Positions 8,470 through 10,093 of a stretch of 10,093 nucleotides of DNA are shown here, piece by piece (within the stretch, counting starts at the first letter, position 1; each line of letters starts with the position of its first letter). A program made the position numbers and the translations under genes. Source of the DNA: Pseudobacteriovorax sp. Lineage in GTDB: Bacteria > Bdellovibrionota_B > Oligoflexia > Oligoflexales > Oligoflexaceae. The stretch covers positions 1 to 10,093 of the forward strand of contig JBNKNM010000204.1 of the NCBI GenBank assembly GCA_050293845.1, read 5' to 3'. The notes below the pieces were generated by a model. The model was not told where the DNA came from. It saw only the letters and a list, made by a program, of their open reading frames with translations, and did no database searches.

Positions 8470-8550
8470 AAATTGATGGCATATTGAATTTCAAGGTAGC
8501 AGAGGCGAGAAGCCCCCCAATAAAACTACAAAGATGTAATATCTCAGGGC

Positions 8551-8581
8551 AAAAAAAATGGTACCGAGATATCGATACCAT
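8551..8581 (-). terminator. Intrinsic terminator of the tRNA operon
   Basis: Minus strand ATGGTATCGA-TATC-TCGGTACCAT forms a 10-bp stem with one U-G pair, followed by a T run, about 40 nt downstream of the tRNA-Glu CCA. Confidence 0.8.
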
Positions 8582-8619
8582 ATCGCTAATTGAACTATTA
8601 TGTTCAACCTAGTATTTTG

Positions 8620-8697
8620 TGGCGTCCCCAGCGGGATTTGAACCCGCGTCGCCGCCGTGAAAGGGCGGTGTCCTGGGCCAGGCTAGACGATAGGGAC
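8620..8697 (-). tRNA. tRNA-Glu (anticodon TTC)
   Basis: GTCCCTATCGTCTAGCCTGGCCCAGGACACCGCCCTTTCACGGCGGCGACGCGGGTTCAAATCCCGCTGGGGACGCCA: acceptor stem GTCCCTA/TGGGGAC, anticodon arm CCGCC-CTTTCAC-GGCGG, T-loop TTCAAAT, encoded CCA. Confidence 0.98.
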
Positions 8698-8717
8698 CCA
8701 TTTTTTTCCCCGGGTAA

Positions 8718-8793
8718 TGGTGAGCCCTGCTGGATTCGAACCAGCGACCCGCACATTAAAAGTGTGCTGCTCTACCAGCTGAGCTAAGAGCCC
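8718..8793 (-). tRNA. tRNA-Lys (anticodon TTT)
   Basis: GGGCTCTTAGCTCAGCTGGTAGAGCAGCACACTTTTAATGTGCGGGTCGCTGGTTCGAATCCAGCAGGGCTCACCA: 76 nt, anticodon arm GCACA-CTTTTAA-TGTGC, T-loop TTCGAAT, encoded CCA. Confidence 0.98.
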
Positions 8794-8820
8794 GAATTCA
8801 CATCCCCGTTGGGAAGTATG

Positions 8821-8849
8821 TATCTACATGTGCCTATTTTTTCTGTCAA
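8821..8849 (-). promoter_or_regulatory. Sigma70-type promoter for the tRNA-Lys/Glu operon
   Basis: Consensus TTGACA (8849-8844), 17-nt spacer, TAGATA (8826-8821), with an AT-rich tract upstream; about 28 nt before the tRNA-Lys 5' end. Confidence 0.55.
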
Positions 8850-8883
8850 TAATTTTTTAGGAATATTTATAAGACAGGAGTAA

Positions 8884-8912
8884 TTGATTTTTAGAGAATC
8901 TTCTCATAGTAT
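8884..8912 (+). promoter_or_regulatory. Candidate sigma70-type promoter for the 8963..9295 gene
   Basis: TTGATT (8884-8889), 17-nt spacer, TAGTAT (8907-8912); divergent from the tRNA promoter. Confidence 0.35.
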
Positions 8913-8962
8913 CATGTTCCAATAGCAGAACTTACCCTAAGGTACCTGGATAGAGGTATAGA

Positions 8963-9295
8963 TTGCCCATGACAATTATAAAACGTAAACATACGGACAC
9001 TACAATCGATCTAATCCGAGCCATTGAGAAGTTATGTTCTCTCCTCGCCAACCAGGATGACGAAGATGCCATAGCTGACCTAAAAGCAGCTGCCTCCACA
9101 TTAAGTCATAAAGACCTAGACAATGCTGCAAAGAAAGGAGCCATTAACAAGATTATTGACGCATTTGAGGGCGATCATGAACTAATAGCATATACTCATC
9201 AAAGAAATACGGAGCATTGGACAGAAGTAGAAGAACTTTCCCAGGCAAGCTCGCGAGTCATTTCCTTAGCAAGAAGAATGCAACGGTCAATGTGA
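8963..9295 (+). CDS. Small alpha-helical hypothetical protein (108-110 aa)
   Basis: GAGGT at 8953-8957 precedes TTG8963 or ATG8969. Amphipathic helical composition; no family recognised. Confidence 0.75.
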   Translation: MPMTIIKRKHTDTTIDLIRAIEKLCSLLANQDDEDAIADLKAAASTLSHKDLDNAAKKGAINKIIDAFEGDHELIAYTHQRNTEHWTEVEELSQASSRVISLARRMQRSM

Positions 9296-9314
9296 AAAAT
9301 TCGGATGCTGTTTC

Positions 9315-9343
9315 TTGCATCCTGACTTTGCTAATTCTATATT
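9315..9343 (+). promoter_or_regulatory. Sigma70-type promoter for the last gene
   Basis: TTGCAT (9315-9320), exactly 17 nt, TATATT (9338-9343). The -35 overlaps a GGATGC/GCATCC hairpin (9303-9322) just after the previous stop. Confidence 0.55.
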
Positions 9344-9401
9344 ATTAAGTATATGCTAGATAAGGGTTCCTTTAAACTTACCTACCAAAGAGGCAAAAAC
9401 G

Positions 9402-10093
9402 ATTAACGCACATAATCAAAGTAAACGTCCTAAGTCACTAAAATTAGACTATTTTCTTTATTCTTGCTTCGAATTCGAAGCAACCATCAAAGCCACTCCT
9501 ACCCGGTCTACCGGTGAAGAGCGCTGGCATGAAATCGTAGCCCATATTGAGGGCGAAGATTCCAATATAAATTCCTTAGGGGATCTTGAGGCTAAATTGA
9601 CAGAGTGTCTTAACTGGTATGTTGAGAAATTTCCCGCTTTAGCGTCAGAAACCACTCTAGACCTAGCCAATATTAACAATATTATTCCCGCTATCGTCTT
9701 TATCGGACTCGACTTTAAAACACTGGTAAAAATGGATGGCACCCATGAATCCCTTGTCTACAGAGAGTCTAGGCCTAATCACGCCCTTTGGAACTCAATT
9801 GAAAAGGTCATTCGGCAAAAAGTTCCCAACTTTCAGGTACAGTTGGTGGCTTATTTGAAATGGGCTTTTGGGGAAAAGGAAGAAAAGCAATGGGATATTG
9901 GTTCCCGTCCTCCAGTGGGTAGGTATGCACCAAGCATCCGCCGCAATAGCAAACCATCATCCGGCAATTTTCGCGATAAGGGGGATAATCGTTCCGGCCG
10001 TAAAGGGAGCAACTACCGTGGTAACGATCGTAGCAACGATCGCAGCAACGATCGCGGCGATCGTAACGGTAATAACAGAAGAAACGACCGCCG
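9402..10093 (+). CDS. 3'-truncated hypothetical protein with an R/G/N/D-rich disordered region (probable RNA-binding); start uncertain, likely ATT
   Basis: The frame is open from 9360 (after TAG9357) to the window end: INAHNQSKRPKSLKLDYFLYSCFEFEATIK...VAYLKWAFGEKEEKQWDIGSRPPVGRYAPSIRR...RGNDRSNDRSNDRGDRNGNNRRNDR. It is not in the ORF track because it has no stop in the window. Confidence 0.8.
   Translation, partial: MNAHNQSKRPKSLKLDYFLYSCFEFEATIKATPTRSTGEERWHEIVAHIEGEDSNINSLGDLEAKLTECLNWYVEKFPALASETTLDLANINNIIPAIVFIGLDFKTLVKMDGTHESLVYRESRPNHALWNSIEKVIRQKVPNFQVQLVAYLKWAFGEKEEKQWDIGSRPPVGRYAPSIRRNSKPSSGNFRDKGDNRSGRKGSNYRGNDRSNDRSNDRGDRNGNNRRNDR
10023..10064 (+). repeat. Coding 12-bp tandem repeat (AACGATCGYRGC x3, plus a partial copy)
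   Basis: AACGATCGTAGC / AACGATCGCAGC / AACGATCGCGGC / GATCGT encodes NDRS-NDRS-NDRG-DR. Confidence 0.85.

Noticed and set aside
8399..8581. 60-aa minus-strand ORF
   Set aside because: It starts inside the terminator hairpin, has no SD and has an unprotein-like composition.
8590..8787. 65-aa plus-strand ORF
   Set aside because: It is the antisense shadow of the two tRNA genes.
8620..8793. tRNAs as an integration site for an island or prophage
   Set aside because: No integrase and no duplicated tRNA 3' end were found in the window; the flanks are recN and ordinary genes.
9371..9377. TTTAAAC slippery heptamer linking the uORF to the long ORF
   Set aside because: A -1 shift at this site moves from the long frame into the uORF frame. 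Joining ATG9353 to the long ORF would need a +1 shift, so the direction is wrong.
9458..9742. 94-aa minus-strand ORF
   Set aside because: It is antisense to the longer open plus-strand frame 9360-10093.
10023..10064. Possible CRISPR-like repeat
   Set aside because: The 12-bp units are directly adjacent with no spacers and are in-frame coding repeats.

Overview
Bacterial chromosomal window with no mobile-element, CRISPR or rRNA signal. Gene style suggests a Gram-negative, possibly Bdellovibrionota/Oligoflexia-like host, but this is a weak inference. On the minus strand lie a TetR regulator, a TPR protein, a hypothetical protein and probably a further gene running off the left edge. Divergent from tetR is a tight three-gene envelope operon: a FadL/PorV/TraF_2-like outer-membrane barrel, a small outer-membrane barrel, and a lipoprotein with about six tandem ~72-aa beta modules and a Lys-rich tail. 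Next come recN split by a single-base frameshift at ~7398-7401, a tRNA-Lys(TTT)/tRNA-Glu(TTC) operon with promoter and intrinsic terminator, and a small helical hypothetical protein. A long 3'-truncated plus-strand ORF, absent from the ORF track, closes the window. It has no canonical start near its 5' end and appears to begin at an SD-preceded ATT that overlaps the stop of a 17-codon upstream ORF; it ends in an R/G/N/D-rich disordered repeat. The best leads are this ATT/uORF arrangement and the uncharacterised envelope operon.
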